From Thermoplasmatota archaeon (GTDB lineage Archaea > Thermoplasmatota > E2 > JACPAO01 > JAHFTW01), in contig JBFIHX010000009.1 of the NCBI GenBank assembly GCA_041601615.1, positions 30,182 through 94,181 of the forward strand: 64,000 bases of DNA, in the 5' to 3' direction. The position numbers were made by a program, and so were the translations under genes. This document shows, in pieces, positions 19,912 to 30,866 of the stretch; the stretch's first letter is position 1; the number at the start of each line of letters is the position of its first letter. The notes under the pieces are model-generated. The model ran no database searches. It saw only the letters and a list, made by a program, of their open reading frames with translations, and was not told where the DNA came from.

Positions 19912-21267
19912 CTAGACAGAGAGGTTCACGTCACGGAACCGCAGGCAGGGAATCCTAGCCCCGTCCATCTGCTTGGGCGTATTGCCAATACCATCCAATT
20001 GGTTCAGGAGTGCTGGCAAATTGCCGCCGATTGCGACCTCAGAGCATGCCCCGACCACCGCGCCGCCCTCGATGCGCCAGACATTGGGGGCCGTGACGGA
20101 GAAATCCCCCGTCGTTGCGTTGGCCGTGTGGGCGCCGAGCACGGAGCCGACGAGGTAGCCGGAGTCGATGCCGGCCACAAGCTCCTCTTCGGGGCGAGAT
20201 CCACGACCTTCGAGCACGAGGTGGTGGGTGCCGGTCTCGGGCGGAACGTGGCTGTTGCCGCGCACCGCGCTGTGGGTCGATTTTTGGCCGTGCGCCTGGG
20301 CGTCACGGCAGTCGAACAGGAAGGAGCGCAGAACACCTTCCTCGATGATGGGAAGATGCCGGGTTGGTTGCCCCTCATCGTCAAATGGGGTTCCTCCAAG
20401 GGCTCCGGCGATGGTCGGGTCGTCGTAGAGGCCAAATCGAGCGTCGGCCACTTGTTCGCCAAGCTTGTCGGACCACACCGTCTTGCCACGAAGCGCATCG
20501 TCGCCACCTACGGCCGAGACAATCAGGCCATTGACAAGCTCTGCCACCGCGTCCGGCCGGAACAACACATCCATAGTGCCACCCGTCGCGTCTCCCGCAT
20601 TGCGCAAAGACAACACCTCCTCCGCGACCGCTTGGCCAAGCCCATGCGCGTCCATGCGACCCACATGCAGCCCGGCGCTGTCCCAGGAGTTGACGCTGCG
20701 TTCACCCTCGGCAAGAATCAGATTGATGCCCGCTTGCACATGCGTGCGGCGGTCGGCACAGGCGATGCCTTCGCTGTTAGCAATGGCCAAAATGTCCCAG
20801 CCAAGACCCACGCCCCCGCCGGCCACATGCGCATCCGGCGCCGACTCCTTGGCGCCCTGCATCAAGTCGCGAGCAAGCATCGACGCATGATCCACATCGA
20901 GCGCTGCAAGGTCGTCGTCCCAGCGTCCCGGCAGACTCGGAAGCGCGCCAGGCCCGGGCAGCACGAAGTTCTTCACAGGCGCAAGGCGCGACAAATTCAG
21001 AGCACGATCCACTGCGGCGGCGGCATTGCCTGCGTTGCTAAAGTACGCAAATCCGAGCCGGCCGTCGCGAACAAGCCGCACGCCGCCTCCTTGTCGGTCG
21101 CCTCGGCCCGCTGCCGCAATCTCATCGTTTTCCAGGTCCAGGTCCACACCGGAACCCAGTTCCCAGTACACTTCGGCGGCATCCGCGCCGGCAGCCATCG
21201 CCTTTCGCACAATGTCTTCGGCTTCGCCCAGCAAGGCGTTCGGATCCATGATTCCCGTATCGCTCAT
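19912..21267 (-). CDS. tldE: TldE/PmbA family protein
   Basis: PFDDEG, IIEEGVLRSFL, HTANATTGDFS; lacks HExxGH; coupled to tldD. Confidence 0.9.
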   Translation of the reverse strand: MSDTGIMDPNALLGEAEDIVRKAMAAGADAAEVYWELGSGVDLDLENDEIAAAGRGDRQGGGVRLVRDGRLGFAYFSNAGNAAAAVDRALNLSRLAPVKNFVLPGPGALPSLPGRWDDDLAALDVDHASMLARDLMQGAKESAPDAHVAGGGVGLGWDILAIANSEGIACADRRTHVQAGINLILAEGERSVNSWDSAGLHVGRMDAHGLGQAVAEEVLSLRNAGDATGGTMDVLFRPDAVAELVNGLIVSAVGGDDALRGKTVWSDKLGEQVADARFGLYDDPTIAGALGGTPFDDEGQPTRHLPIIEEGVLRSFLFDCRDAQAHGQKSTHSAVRGNSHVPPETGTHHLVLEGRGSRPEEELVAGIDSGYLVGSVLGAHTANATTGDFSVTAPNVWRIEGGAVVGACSEVAIGGNLPALLNQLDGIGNTPKQMDGARIPCLRFRDVNLSV

Positions 21268-22640
21268 GCGCCACCTCCAACGAGACAATTTTGAATCCGA
21301 ACAAGCGGCCCGCCGTCGCACACGGGCACCCATTGGCCCTTGCCGCAGTACCCCGGATCACCCAGTCGCTGCTTGTTGCCAAGCGCGTCGATGTTGTGGA
21401 GCGTGCTCAGAATGTCGCCCGTGAGCGCCACGTCACGCAGCGGCGTCGTCAACTCGCCATTTTCGATGCGCCACGCGTCCTGGGCATGGAAGAGGAACGT
21501 GCCTCGCGCCGTGTCCACTTGGCCACCGCGGCTGCCCTTGCAGAAAATTCCCTCCTTGACATCCATCACCTCGTCTTCTGCGTGGGATCCGGCGTCGATC
21601 ATCGTGTTGCTCATGCGCACCATGGGCCGACTCTGGAAATCCTGCGCCCGGCTCGCCCCATTGGGGCGCATGCCAAACGTTGCGGCGCGCTCGCGGTCGC
21701 AAAGGTACCCAACCAGCACACCGTCGCGCATGATCGGCTTGTCTTGGCCGGGAACTCCATTGTCGTCAAACGGCAACGACCCGAAGGCGCCCTCGATGGT
21801 CGAATCGTCGTGGATGTTGAGGCCGGCCATGCCAAGGCTTTCGCCGACACGGCCCTTGAAGCAGGACTCGCCCGCCGCCACAAGATCAGCCTCCGACGCG
21901 TGCCCGACGGCTTCATGGGCAAAAACGCCCGCCAATTCCGGGTCAATGATCACAGTCTGACGGCCACCCTTGGCCGAAGGCGCGCCCAATTGACGAATGG
22001 CCGCTTCGGCTGCTTCTTGCGCCTTGGCAATCGGGTCTTCGAGCTTGAACAACTCCCAGCCACGGGTGCCGCCGACACGGGAGCTGCGACCGGCAAGATC
22101 CGCGCCACGCTTGGCCGTAAAGTGGACCTGCGCCACAGTGCGCGTCAGGCCCCACTCAATGGCGGATCCTTCCGTGTTCCAGAACGATTTTTGCAGCACC
22201 GATTCGGAATAGGACGTGGTGATGTTCTGGATCTCCTTGCGCTCGCGGACAATGCGGTCCATGTCCGCCAAGAGCTCCCGCTTTTCCTCAATGGGAATGT
22301 CACGCGGGTCCAATTTGGGCTTCCAAAACACACGCGCCTTCGTCGGCTCCGCATCCGCCAAGACCACTTTCTCCTTGCGGCCAGAAGCGGCACGGGCCAA
22401 TCGAACCGCGTCCGCCACGGCGCGTTGCCAACTGGCACTGGAAAGATCATTGCTGCTGGCAAAGCCCCAGGCGCCGTCCACGAGGACACGGAGGCCAAAA
22501 CCGGTCTCCTCGCCCGCAACGAGGGTACGCAACTCGCCGTCCTGGACCTGAATTTTCTGGTCTTCGGTCGTCTCCACGCGTACATCCGCGTACGAGGCGC
22601 CGGCGTCCAGGCATCGTTCCAGGGAGCGTTCGGGGTCCAC
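21264..22640 (-). CDS. tldD: TldD family metalloprotease
   Basis: HEAVGHASEAD, RMSNT, GYCGKGQWVPVCDGGP. Confidence 0.93.
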   Translation of the reverse strand: MDPERSLERCLDAGASYADVRVETTEDQKIQVQDGELRTLVAGEETGFGLRVLVDGAWGFASSNDLSSASWQRAVADAVRLARAASGRKEKVVLADAEPTKARVFWKPKLDPRDIPIEEKRELLADMDRIVRERKEIQNITTSYSESVLQKSFWNTEGSAIEWGLTRTVAQVHFTAKRGADLAGRSSRVGGTRGWELFKLEDPIAKAQEAAEAAIRQLGAPSAKGGRQTVIIDPELAGVFAHEAVGHASEADLVAAGESCFKGRVGESLGMAGLNIHDDSTIEGAFGSLPFDDNGVPGQDKPIMRDGVLVGYLCDRERAATFGMRPNGASRAQDFQSRPMVRMSNTMIDAGSHAEDEVMDVKEGIFCKGSRGGQVDTARGTFLFHAQDAWRIENGELTTPLRDVALTGDILSTLHNIDALGNKQRLGDPGYCGKGQWVPVCDGGPLVRIQNCLVGGGA

Positions 22641-22970
22641 GCCGTCGCACGTCGGGTGGGTGGTATGGTCGTTGTGCCTGGGGAACCGGGGCGCAAGCAA
22701 GCGCAATACGCCATTGTTTGGCACTTGCGAGGGCCGCCTTTGACCCACAATTGCGCGTTCTTTCTCTGAGGAATTCCTCGATCCATCAAGGGCCATGTGC
22801 CCACCCCGTGCAGGAGCAAGAGCTTCGGGAGACGCCCGCGACCACCGGGGCCGCATGTGCCGGAGGCGGCGGAAAGTGCCGAGGCCCGCTTCGCACCCCT
22901 CCTTCGCGAAACCATCGTCCAGATGCTTCTGAGAAGGCGAAGTGAAGTAGTCGAAAGCCGATGCCATGTC

Positions 22971-25154
22971 GTGAAGGCGCTGGCCATCGTTGCTTCATGG
23001 AGTAGCGGCCACCCGTGGCTCGCCGTCCTGGTCGTTCTTGGCCTCACCGCCGGCCTCGGAGCAGGCTTTGCCCAGGCAGAATCGGGTCGAGTCATTGACC
23101 AATTCATCCCAGATGATCTTGCAGCAGTAGAAACCCGCGACCGCATCGAAGCGACCTTTGGAGCCTCGGAGCCAGCGTTCGTACTATTGCGCTCGGACGA
23201 CCCCGGCGCGCCGGACCTCATTCGCGCCATCGCGGCAATGGATGCAGAGCTCTCCCGCGACGCGCTTGTCTCGGACGTCGCAAGCATCGCAGACCACGTA
23301 CCCACCGAAGGCAAATCAGACGCCGAAATCCAAGCCGCCTGGAATGAAGCAAAGGCAAGGCCGGACATCGCGGGCGCCTTCATCCGCGACGATGCCACCC
23401 TCGTGCGCGTATCGTACCAAGTCAACTTGGAACCCGAAGCCATCACCGCAAGCCTCGATGCCGCCACAGCCAACATCCAAGTTCCCGGCGTCACCGTGCA
23501 ACCGGCGGGCCTCGCCTACTTGGAGCAAGCCCAATCGGAAGGCGGCGCCCAAGACGTGCAATTTCTGTTGCCCCTCTCGGTCGTCGTCATCGCCGTAATC
23601 CTCGCCATCCTATTCCGGCGGCCGGCCGACGTGGTGATTCCCATCGCAACAACGTTCGTGGCACTAGCATGGGCCTACGGCATCCTCACCTGGGCCCAAA
23701 TGCCCCTCTCGCCGCTGGTGTTCAGCGTCATGCCCCTCATTCTGGGCCTCGGCGTGGACTACATGCTCCACATCGTCTACGCCTTCCGCGCCACCGGCAA
23801 AGGGCCCCACCCAGCGCGGTTTGCCCAAGTGGGAGAACGCATCGGCGCGCCCGTCTTCTTCACCGCAATCACGACGCTGATTGGTTTCGGGAGCTTCCTT
23901 GTGAGCCGCATCCCACAAGTTCGATCCTGGGGCCTCCTCCTCGGCGGCGGCGCCTTGTCCGCCTTCATTCTCGGATTCCTACTCCTACCCGCCCTGTACC
24001 GGCTCAGCCGAGAGCCCCGCCGCGAACTCCTCAGCACGCACCGATTCCTCGGCCAGCTCGGTGCCTTCCTTGTTCGCCGGCGCGTCTGGGTGCTCGCCGT
24101 ACTGGGCGTCGCTACCCTCGGACTCGGTGCCGCCGCGACCCAAGTAGACTTCGAGCGCCAATTGGAAGTCGATGTGGACGAAAACGACCCCGCATCCAGC
24201 GCCCTGAATGACATCGAGGAGCGCTTCGGCGGACAAAGCATCGTGCAGTTTCTAGTACCCCGAAGTGCAGGCCCTACGGCGCTCGAAGCCCTCGAAGCAG
24301 ACGTGGCAGCTATCCAAGGAATCGGATTCGTCGACGGCCCCGCAACCCGAATCACCAACAGCCAAGGCAACCCCGACGGGTACCCCGCCAACGACCCCCG
24401 ACTGGAAGGCGTCAGTTCCGCCAACGCTTGGCTTGTCTCAGCCGGGTACGCAACCAACGAAGAACGAGACTTGCTGCCCCTATTGGAAGCAACCAGCGAC
24501 GAACACGGAGCCCAAATCACCGGCCGAGGCTACATCCAAATCGAAGCCGAAGGCGCCGTCCTCGACAGCCTCCTTCTCAGCACCGGAGTCGCCTTCGGAC
24601 TCGTGCTCCTGCTCCTCCTATTGATCTTCCGTCGCCCCGGGCCCGCCCTGCTCGCCTTCACGCCATTAGCCCTGGTCATCGTCTGGCAACTCGGGATCCA
24701 ATCCCTCGTCGGCATACCCCTCAACTCCGTCACAGGCATCACCGCCGCCATGGTCATCGGCATCGGCGTCGACTACTCCCTGCACTTGATGAGCGACGTC
24801 CAACGCAACCGAAAAGCCGGCCACGACGGACCCACGAGCGCCATCGAAGCCGTCCAACACGTCGGCCAACCCGTCCTCGCCGGCACCATCACCACCGTCC
24901 TCGCCTTCACCGTCCTCGCCTTCTCGCAACTTTCCCAATTGCAACAATTTGGCACCGTCGCAGCCATCGTCGTCACCTGCGCCTTCATCGTCACCATGGG
25001 CCTCATCCCCGCCATCGTCGCATTCCAAGGCGGAAGCAAATCATACGCAGTTCGAGGCATGGCAGAAGGAACACCCGGCGCCACCATCACACCCCGATTC
25101 GACGACCCAGACGTGCAGGAATGGTACGAGGAGACCGTGCGGAGGGGGGAGTAG
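22971..25154 (+). CDS. RND/MMPL family transporter
   Basis: Two repeats with GLGVDYMLH and GIGVDYSLH; TTLIGFGS. Confidence 0.9.
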   Translation: MKALAIVASWSSGHPWLAVLVVLGLTAGLGAGFAQAESGRVIDQFIPDDLAAVETRDRIEATFGASEPAFVLLRSDDPGAPDLIRAIAAMDAELSRDALVSDVASIADHVPTEGKSDAEIQAAWNEAKARPDIAGAFIRDDATLVRVSYQVNLEPEAITASLDAATANIQVPGVTVQPAGLAYLEQAQSEGGAQDVQFLLPLSVVVIAVILAILFRRPADVVIPIATTFVALAWAYGILTWAQMPLSPLVFSVMPLILGLGVDYMLHIVYAFRATGKGPHPARFAQVGERIGAPVFFTAITTLIGFGSFLVSRIPQVRSWGLLLGGGALSAFILGFLLLPALYRLSREPRRELLSTHRFLGQLGAFLVRRRVWVLAVLGVATLGLGAAATQVDFERQLEVDVDENDPASSALNDIEERFGGQSIVQFLVPRSAGPTALEALEADVAAIQGIGFVDGPATRITNSQGNPDGYPANDPRLEGVSSANAWLVSAGYATNEERDLLPLLEATSDEHGAQITGRGYIQIEAEGAVLDSLLLSTGVAFGLVLLLLLLIFRRPGPALLAFTPLALVIVWQLGIQSLVGIPLNSVTGITAAMVIGIGVDYSLHLMSDVQRNRKAGHDGPTSAIEAVQHVGQPVLAGTITTVLAFTVLAFSQLSQLQQFGTVAAIVVTCAFIVTMGLIPAIVAFQGGSKSYAVRGMAEGTPGATITPRFDDPDVQEWYEETVRRGE

Positions 25155-25298
25155 GTCGTCGCAGGCGGACGGCGCGGGGAAGGGCAACAATCATCGAGCA
25201 ATTGCACACCGCTACGAGGGAGTTCGGGAAGGGCGAGGTTGGCAAAGGTGGCAGATCATAATCCCCGGGGCCCGTTCCAATTCGAATACGAAGTGCCT

Positions 25299-25360
25299 GC
25301 TTAATGATTGAGCTAACTCGCCGCGCCGAAGGTGGAGCCGGGTTGAGTGACTTGTTAAGC
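25299..25360 (-). mobile_element. attC-like integron cassette recombination site (R' GTT altered to ATT)
   Basis: Minus strand reads GCTTAAC-AAGTC-ACTCAACC-(22 nt with TTCG)-AGTTAGC-TCAATC-ATTAAGC; lies 23 bp after the hsdR stop. Confidence 0.75.
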
Positions 25361-25383
25361 CGTTTTCATCACGGGGCAACCTT

Positions 25384-28300
25384 CTAGATTTGCCTGCCCA
25401 CGCCCTTGAACTTCTCGACGAACGCTGAGATCTTCTGGAAAACACTCTGCTTTTTGGCCCTGTATTCAGGGTTGAGGGGGCTCATTCGTGGCAGCGCGGC
25501 ATTGAGTGCAGTGCCATCCTCGGTTGCGTATCCGCGCTTCAAAGACGCTTGGATGTATCGCTTCGCCTCTTCCCGATTCAGATCTTCGGCCTCGATCAGT
25601 TCCTCCAATTCGCGATTTCGCTCGGACATAGCAAAGGTGTAGAACGCGTCCATCACCGTTGCCGCGTCCGCGATTTCATCCAGATTGGTCTGATTGATGA
25701 ATTCGACGATCAAGCTCTCCTTGGCCCGGTGTCCGATGCTAGCTCGAACGATTCGCCTGACTTCGTCGACTAGTGAATCCTTGTCCGTGGTCTTCTTGTT
25801 GTGCTCAAAAATGAGCTCGAGAATGTAGTCTAGGTTGATTTCTTGGGACTTCAGCAGATCAACCTCGAACACCACGCCATCCCAATCAAGAGTTGATTCA
25901 ACCTTAAGCGCACCAGCCTTCTGGATTCTTAGCCATTCACGAGTGTCATTGTAGGTAGATCGATAGTCCTGCACCAGTCTTTCTGAGAGAACCTCGGTTT
26001 CCTGCATTGCCTTGATGTCATCGTCGCCCAAATGATGCTTCGCCTTGAATGCTTCAACCGCGTCATCATCAGATTGATTGATTGATTTCAATGCATTTAG
26101 GCTGGTAAACTCGTCATAGTTGCGAAGAACGTTCTCGACCTTCAGATATTCGCTAAAAAGTTTCACGAAGTCCTTTTTGTCTTTTTCCTTGACAATTTCA
26201 CTAGGATTCGGAAAGCGATTGTGAAGCTCGCTTACAATTTCCACATAACCACGACATGCCTTTCCCGTGGTAATGTCCGTGAATCCCCCCATGTATTCTT
26301 TGTAGCTCTTTTCCAACACCACGTTTTTAGTGCTCGCGTTGCCAAACAGGGTGATGGCATCCACCGTGTTCTTCTCCAGGTCCCGAAACGTCACGATATT
26401 GCCGAACGTCTTCGTGGCGTCGTAGATGCGGTTGGTGCGAGAGAATGCTTGGACGAGCCCGTGATATCGGAGATTCTTGTCGACGAATAGCGTGTTTAGG
26501 GTCTGCGCATCAAAGCCCGTCAGGAACATGCCCACCACGATGAGCAAATCCACTTCCTGATTCTTCACACGCTTGGCCAAGTCCCGGTAGTAGTTTTGGA
26601 AGCCCTTGCTATCGACGCCGAAGTTGGTCTGGAACAATGAGTTATAGTCGCCGATTGCCACATCAAGGAATTCCTTAGCCGTGCTATTCAGGGCAGAAAC
26701 TTCGAAGCTCTCATCGGCAATGTCCCCGACGGCATCCTGTTCCTCGTTGGCGGCGAAGGAGAAAATGGTGGCGACCTTGAGTCGCTTATTTTCATCTACG
26801 TCTGCTTGCAGCTTCCCGATGGTTTCGTAGTAGGCTTTGGCGGCGTCAACGCTGCTCACGGCAAACATGGCGTTGAACCCCTTGGCCCCCATGTGTGCGC
26901 GATGCGTTTTGAAGGCGAAGTTCTTGAGAATGTAACTCGAAATTTCGTGAATCCGATCCGGGTGAAGGAGGATTTGCTTATTTTCCGCGGCAGTGAGCTT
27001 CTTTTCGTCCTGCTCCGCTTCGATTGATTTGAACTGAGGTCGGACATCGTTGTAGTCTACCTTGAACTTCAGCACTTTTTCGTCGCGAATTGCGTCAGTG
27101 ATAACGTATGAATGGAGTTCGCGCCCGAAGACGCTCCCGGTGGTAGCGGAGCCGAGCGCATTTTCCGGGAAGATTGGCGTTCCCGTGAAACCAAACTGAT
27201 AATATTTTTTGAATTTATTTTTGAGATTCTTCTGTGCTTCACCGAATTGGCTGCGGTGGCATTCATCGAAGATGAAAACGACCTGCTTGTTGTAGATGGA
27301 AAGATCGTCTCCCCAACGCAGTAGGTTGTTGAGCTTCTGGATGGTCGTGACGATGATCTTGTTGTCGTCCTTGTCGATGTTGCGTTTCAGTCCCGCAGTA
27401 GATTCGGAGCCATTGACGCTATCGGGGGAGAAGCGCTGGTACTCCTTCATTGTCTGGTAGTCGAGGTCTTTGCGATCGACTACGAAGAACACTTTGTCGA
27501 CAAAATCCAAATCGGTTGCCAAGCGCGCGGCCTTGAAGCTGGTGAGGGTCTTTCCAGACCCCGTGGTGTGCCAAATGTAGCCACCACCATCGGCCTTGCT
27601 CCAATCCTTCGCATGGTAGGAACTCTTGATTTTCCAGAGAATCCGCTCCGTGGCCGCAATTTGGTAGGGTCGCATGACAAGCAAGGTATCGTCCGCGCCA
27701 AAGACGGAATACTTCAGCAGGACTTCCAATAGCGTGTGCTTCTGGAAGAAGGTGGCAGTGAAATCCTTTAGGTCTTTGATCAGTGTGTTGTCCGACTTGG
27801 CCCAGTTCATAGTGAAGTCGTAGCTACTCTTGTCGCGCTTCGTCGTGTTGGCAAAGTAGCGGGTATCCGTGCCGTTGGAAATCACGAACAACTGCAAGAA
27901 CTTGTAGAGCGAATTTTCGGAATTGAAGCTCTCCTTGCTATAGCGGTGTACCTGGTTGAAGGCTTCGCGAATAGCCACGCCTCGCTTCTTTAGCTCAACC
28001 TGTACAAGGGGCAAGCCATTCACGAGAATGGTGACGTCGTAACGATTGGCGTGGCTTCCGGATTGTTCGAATTGTTTGATGACCTGAAGCTTGTTGTTGA
28101 TGACGTTCTTCTTGTCGAGGAGATAGATGTTCTCGATGTGCCCGTCGTCAAACACGAAGTCATGAATGTAATCTTCGTGAATTTTTCGAGCCTTGTCCAT
28201 GCTGTTTTCGTTGGCAGGGTCCAGGTACTTGTCGACAAATCGCACCCATTCTTCGTGGCTGAACTCCACGTCGTTGAGTGCCTCAATCTGCTTGCGCGCG

Positions 28301-28488
28301 TTGTCAAACATGGCCTCTCGTGTACGGATTTCGGGTTCGTACGAGTATCCCTGGGCCACTAGGTCGCGGATGAATTCACGCTCAAGGGCGCCCTCGCTCT
28401 GGTAGTCGTCGTTGCCTTCGACAGCCCGTTCGTAGGTGTCCAGGACGATGTAGTTCGGCGTTTCAGCGATGGTCTTGTGGTCATGCAT
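25384..28488 (-). CDS. hsdR: Type I restriction enzyme R subunit (type IC, EcoR124-like)
   Basis: [40 protein letters not shown]. Confidence 0.97.
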   Translation of the reverse strand: MHDHKTIAETPNYIVLDTYERAVEGNDDYQSEGALEREFIRDLVAQGYSYEPEIRTREAMFDNARKQIEALNDVEFSHEEWVRFVDKYLDPANENSMDKARKIHEDYIHDFVFDDGHIENIYLLDKKNVINNKLQVIKQFEQSGSHANRYDVTILVNGLPLVQVELKKRGVAIREAFNQVHRYSKESFNSENSLYKFLQLFVISNGTDTRYFANTTKRDKSSYDFTMNWAKSDNTLIKDLKDFTATFFQKHTLLEVLLKYSVFGADDTLLVMRPYQIAATERILWKIKSSYHAKDWSKADGGGYIWHTTGSGKTLTSFKAARLATDLDFVDKVFFVVDRKDLDYQTMKEYQRFSPDSVNGSESTAGLKRNIDKDDNKIIVTTIQKLNNLLRWGDDLSIYNKQVVFIFDECHRSQFGEAQKNLKNKFKKYYQFGFTGTPIFPENALGSATTGSVFGRELHSYVITDAIRDEKVLKFKVDYNDVRPQFKSIEAEQDEKKLTAAENKQILLHPDRIHEISSYILKNFAFKTHRAHMGAKGFNAMFAVSSVDAAKAYYETIGKLQADVDENKRLKVATIFSFAANEEQDAVGDIADESFEVSALNSTAKEFLDVAIGDYNSLFQTNFGVDSKGFQNYYRDLAKRVKNQEVDLLIVVGMFLTGFDAQTLNTLFVDKNLRYHGLVQAFSRTNRIYDATKTFGNIVTFRDLEKNTVDAITLFGNASTKNVVLEKSYKEYMGGFTDITTGKACRGYVEIVSELHNRFPNPSEIVKEKDKKDFVKLFSEYLKVENVLRNYDEFTSLNALKSINQSDDDAVEAFKAKHHLGDDDIKAMQETEVLSERLVQDYRSTYNDTREWLRIQKAGALKVESTLDWDGVVFEVDLLKSQEINLDYILELIFEHNKKTTDKDSLVDEVRRIVRASIGHRAKESLIVEFINQTNLDEIADAATVMDAFYTFAMSERNRELEELIEAEDLNREEAKRYIQASLKRGYATEDGTALNAALPRMSPLNPEYRAKKQSVFQKISAFVEKFKGVGRQI

Positions 28489-29599
28489 CCGGCTTGGCCT
28501 CCTTCCAGTACGAGAAGTTGTTAACCAAGTGGTCAAGGAGGAACTTCACCATCTCCCGCTCCGGTGCAGTTGGTTCCGAGATTTCTTCGTTGGACAGCGT
28601 ATTGTGTGGATAGAAGTTCATGACGCGCGTGGCGTACGTTTTTTGATCATCTGGCAAGAGGTCGGACCAGCGAGGGTAGCCTAGGAAGTTGGCGGTTTTC
28701 TCGTAAAGGTTGCGCAGCAGGGCGAAATGATACCGCTGGACAGTGGCTGTTGCGATTGCTTCCGATATTAGCCTCTTGATGTGTAGATGGTAGGAGAAGC
28801 TCGTGTTGGAATCACCCTTCTTTTCTTCAAGGGCGAACCCATTCTCTGTCTTGCTCAGGATGAAGCCAGTCTTAGCGCCGATTTCGTTGTAGAAGACGTT
28901 GTAGAATAGCGGACTATGGGTGGAGATGATGAACTTCAGTCGGCTCGAACTCTGTTTTATAGTGCTAGCCAGACTGACCGCCAGTTGGATTAGGTGGTTT
29001 TCATCGAGACTACTTACCGGATCATCGATCAAGATGTACTCAAGTTCGTTGAATTGGTTCGTGGGCCGATCCTCTGGTTCAACAACATTCAGGGTTAGAA
29101 CCACTTCGTCGAGTATGGCTTCGAACATGCTCCAAATGAAGTTGCTCTCTTCCCCCTTTGATATCTTGATGTGCTTCTCAGGCTCCTCGTTTCCACGTTG
29201 AAGTGAAAAGGTCACTTCGGAGAAGTCCTGGTTGAATTCTGGCGTCAGCTTGTCATTCGTGTAACGCTGAAAGTTGGCGACAACGTTGCGGTCCTGGCCC
29301 TGTTCGACCAGAGCCCACTGGGTGAACGTATTCGGCTGTATCACGAGCTTCGGGGAGAGGTCGTCCGTCAAGTCGTTGTCCCAATAGAACAAGTCTTCCG
29401 TGAACGCATTGTAGTACAGAATCTTGGAGCGGGGGGAGTCGCCTTCTTCGCCTTCTTCGCCGGCATCCTTCGGCGCAATGAGGTTCTTGAATTCGCGCGA
29501 AAGCCTTGTTTTTCCGCTACCATTGAAAGCGTAAATCAATTGCACTTTCTTGGGGCTCTTGCGAAGCGCTTCGGCGATTTTGCCCAGTGTCTGGCTCAT
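28481..29599 (-). CDS. prrC: PrrC anticodon nuclease (ABC ATPase plus HEPN)
   Basis: YAFNGSGKT, PrrC box [46 protein letters not shown]...H; lies between hsdS and hsdR. Confidence 0.93.
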   Translation of the reverse strand: MSQTLGKIAEALRKSPKKVQLIYAFNGSGKTRLSREFKNLIAPKDAGEEGEEGDSPRSKILYYNAFTEDLFYWDNDLTDDLSPKLVIQPNTFTQWALVEQGQDRNVVANFQRYTNDKLTPEFNQDFSEVTFSLQRGNEEPEKHIKISKGEESNFIWSMFEAILDEVVLTLNVVEPEDRPTNQFNELEYILIDDPVSSLDENHLIQLAVSLASTIKQSSSRLKFIISTHSPLFYNVFYNEIGAKTGFILSKTENGFALEEKKGDSNTSFSYHLHIKRLISEAIATATVQRYHFALLRNLYEKTANFLGYPRWSDLLPDDQKTYATRVMNFYPHNTLSNEEISEPTAPEREMVKFLLDHLVNNFSYWKEAKPDA

Positions 29600-29600
29600 G

Positions 29601-30866
29601 TCAGGCAGCAGCCTCCGCGTGTGGTTTCGGGAATTTTAGGAGCAAATCGCGGTAGTATTCGTACTGTTTCCGCCGCAGTTCAATTTCTCGGGGGAGGCCT
29701 TCCGTGATGGAACTCGCCATTCCCTCAAACTTGGCCAGAACGCCGGCGATACGTTGCTGTTCCGAAAGAGGTGGGAATGGCAACCGCAGAGACTCAAAGG
29801 TGCCGAGGTTAATGTTGTCCTGTGCGCTACCTGAGCTCTTGGACTGCACTCTTTGCTTCCAGGATGCCAATAGATATTCCACATAATCAGGGTTTGCTTT
29901 CCGAGGGTCGGCCACAAATCCAATTACGCTATCGGGGAAACACGCATCAAACCCCAGAATTGTGGTTTCGGCTATGTTCGCCGCGATGGTAATGCACACG
30001 GTGCCCTTGGGCCACAACTTGCTCTGCTGCAGTCCAAATTCGGTATATGTCTGTGAATAGTGATCAATTTGGTGCGGCGCGTTTCGAATATCACCCGTTT
30101 GAATGAACGGAATATCGCCGCCGTAGAGACGAGCATCATTTCGAGGACGATGTTTCGATTTACCCCGCCCGAATTCCTTCGCAACGTCTCGAAGCGTTTT
30201 CCACTCGACTTCCCCTTCCTCAAACGTCAGCAGTTGGTCGCGGTAATGGCTATATTGCTTCTCGCGGGCGGTTAGCTCGGTGGTTAGCTCGGTGGTTAGC
30301 TCGGTGGTTAGCTCCGTGAAGGTGTCGAGGATGCGGACGATTTCGTTTTGGATGGCCAGGGATTTTTCGGGGTCGGCGGGGCAGGGAATGGGAACCCGCA
30401 TCTTGGCCAGACTATCCTTGGATATGCGCCGAACCTTAGCACCCGTGATGTGCTTCCCCTTCTGGCTTTGGAATTCTTGCGTTAGAAAACAGTAAGCTAG
30501 GTACTTGACATTCTGTTTGTGTCTGAATAGCATCATGTCCCCCGAGATGGCTACGTCGCCCCCGTGCCACGCCAGAGGCTTCAGCAGATCCTCGTCATTC
30601 TCCGAAGTCGTAGCAATAAGGAGGTCGTTCTTGGCAGCGATGCGTAGATTTGGTGGGACGGGTTCGGAAACGTACGAATGGCTTGTGCTGGCTGACAAGG
30701 AGTATTTCGTGTACAGTTGTCCGTAGTGGATTGCTGGAAACCCATGGGCAACCAGATTTTTTTTTTGCAAGCCATTTCCACGGACGACCTCTCCAAGGTC
30801 TCCCAGCGCCATATAAGTCGTCTCTGCACCGTCCAGTAACCTGATCAGAAAATCGACGTGAGTCAT
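29601..30866 (-). CDS. hsdS: Type I R-M specificity subunit (type IC)
   Basis: Two TRDs; IPIPCP...[14 protein letters not shown](TTEL)3; [21 protein letters not shown]. Confidence 0.96.
   Translation of the reverse strand: MTHVDFLIRLLDGAETTYMALGDLGEVVRGNGLQKKNLVAHGFPAIHYGQLYTKYSLSASTSHSYVSEPVPPNLRIAAKNDLLIATTSENDEDLLKPLAWHGGDVAISGDMMLFRHKQNVKYLAYCFLTQEFQSQKGKHITGAKVRRISKDSLAKMRVPIPCPADPEKSLAIQNEIVRILDTFTELTTELTTELTTELTAREKQYSHYRDQLLTFEEGEVEWKTLRDVAKEFGRGKSKHRPRNDARLYGGDIPFIQTGDIRNAPHQIDHYSQTYTEFGLQQSKLWPKGTVCITIAANIAETTILGFDACFPDSVIGFVADPRKANPDYVEYLLASWKQRVQSKSSGSAQDNINLGTFESLRLPFPPLSEQQRIAGVLAKFEGMASSITEGLPREIELRRKQYEYYRDLLLKFPKPHAEAAA
30270..30317 (-). repeat. 12-bp tandem repeat in the hsdS spacer region
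   Basis: GGTTAGCTCGGT x3 plus one copy with 1 mismatch. Confidence 0.95.
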
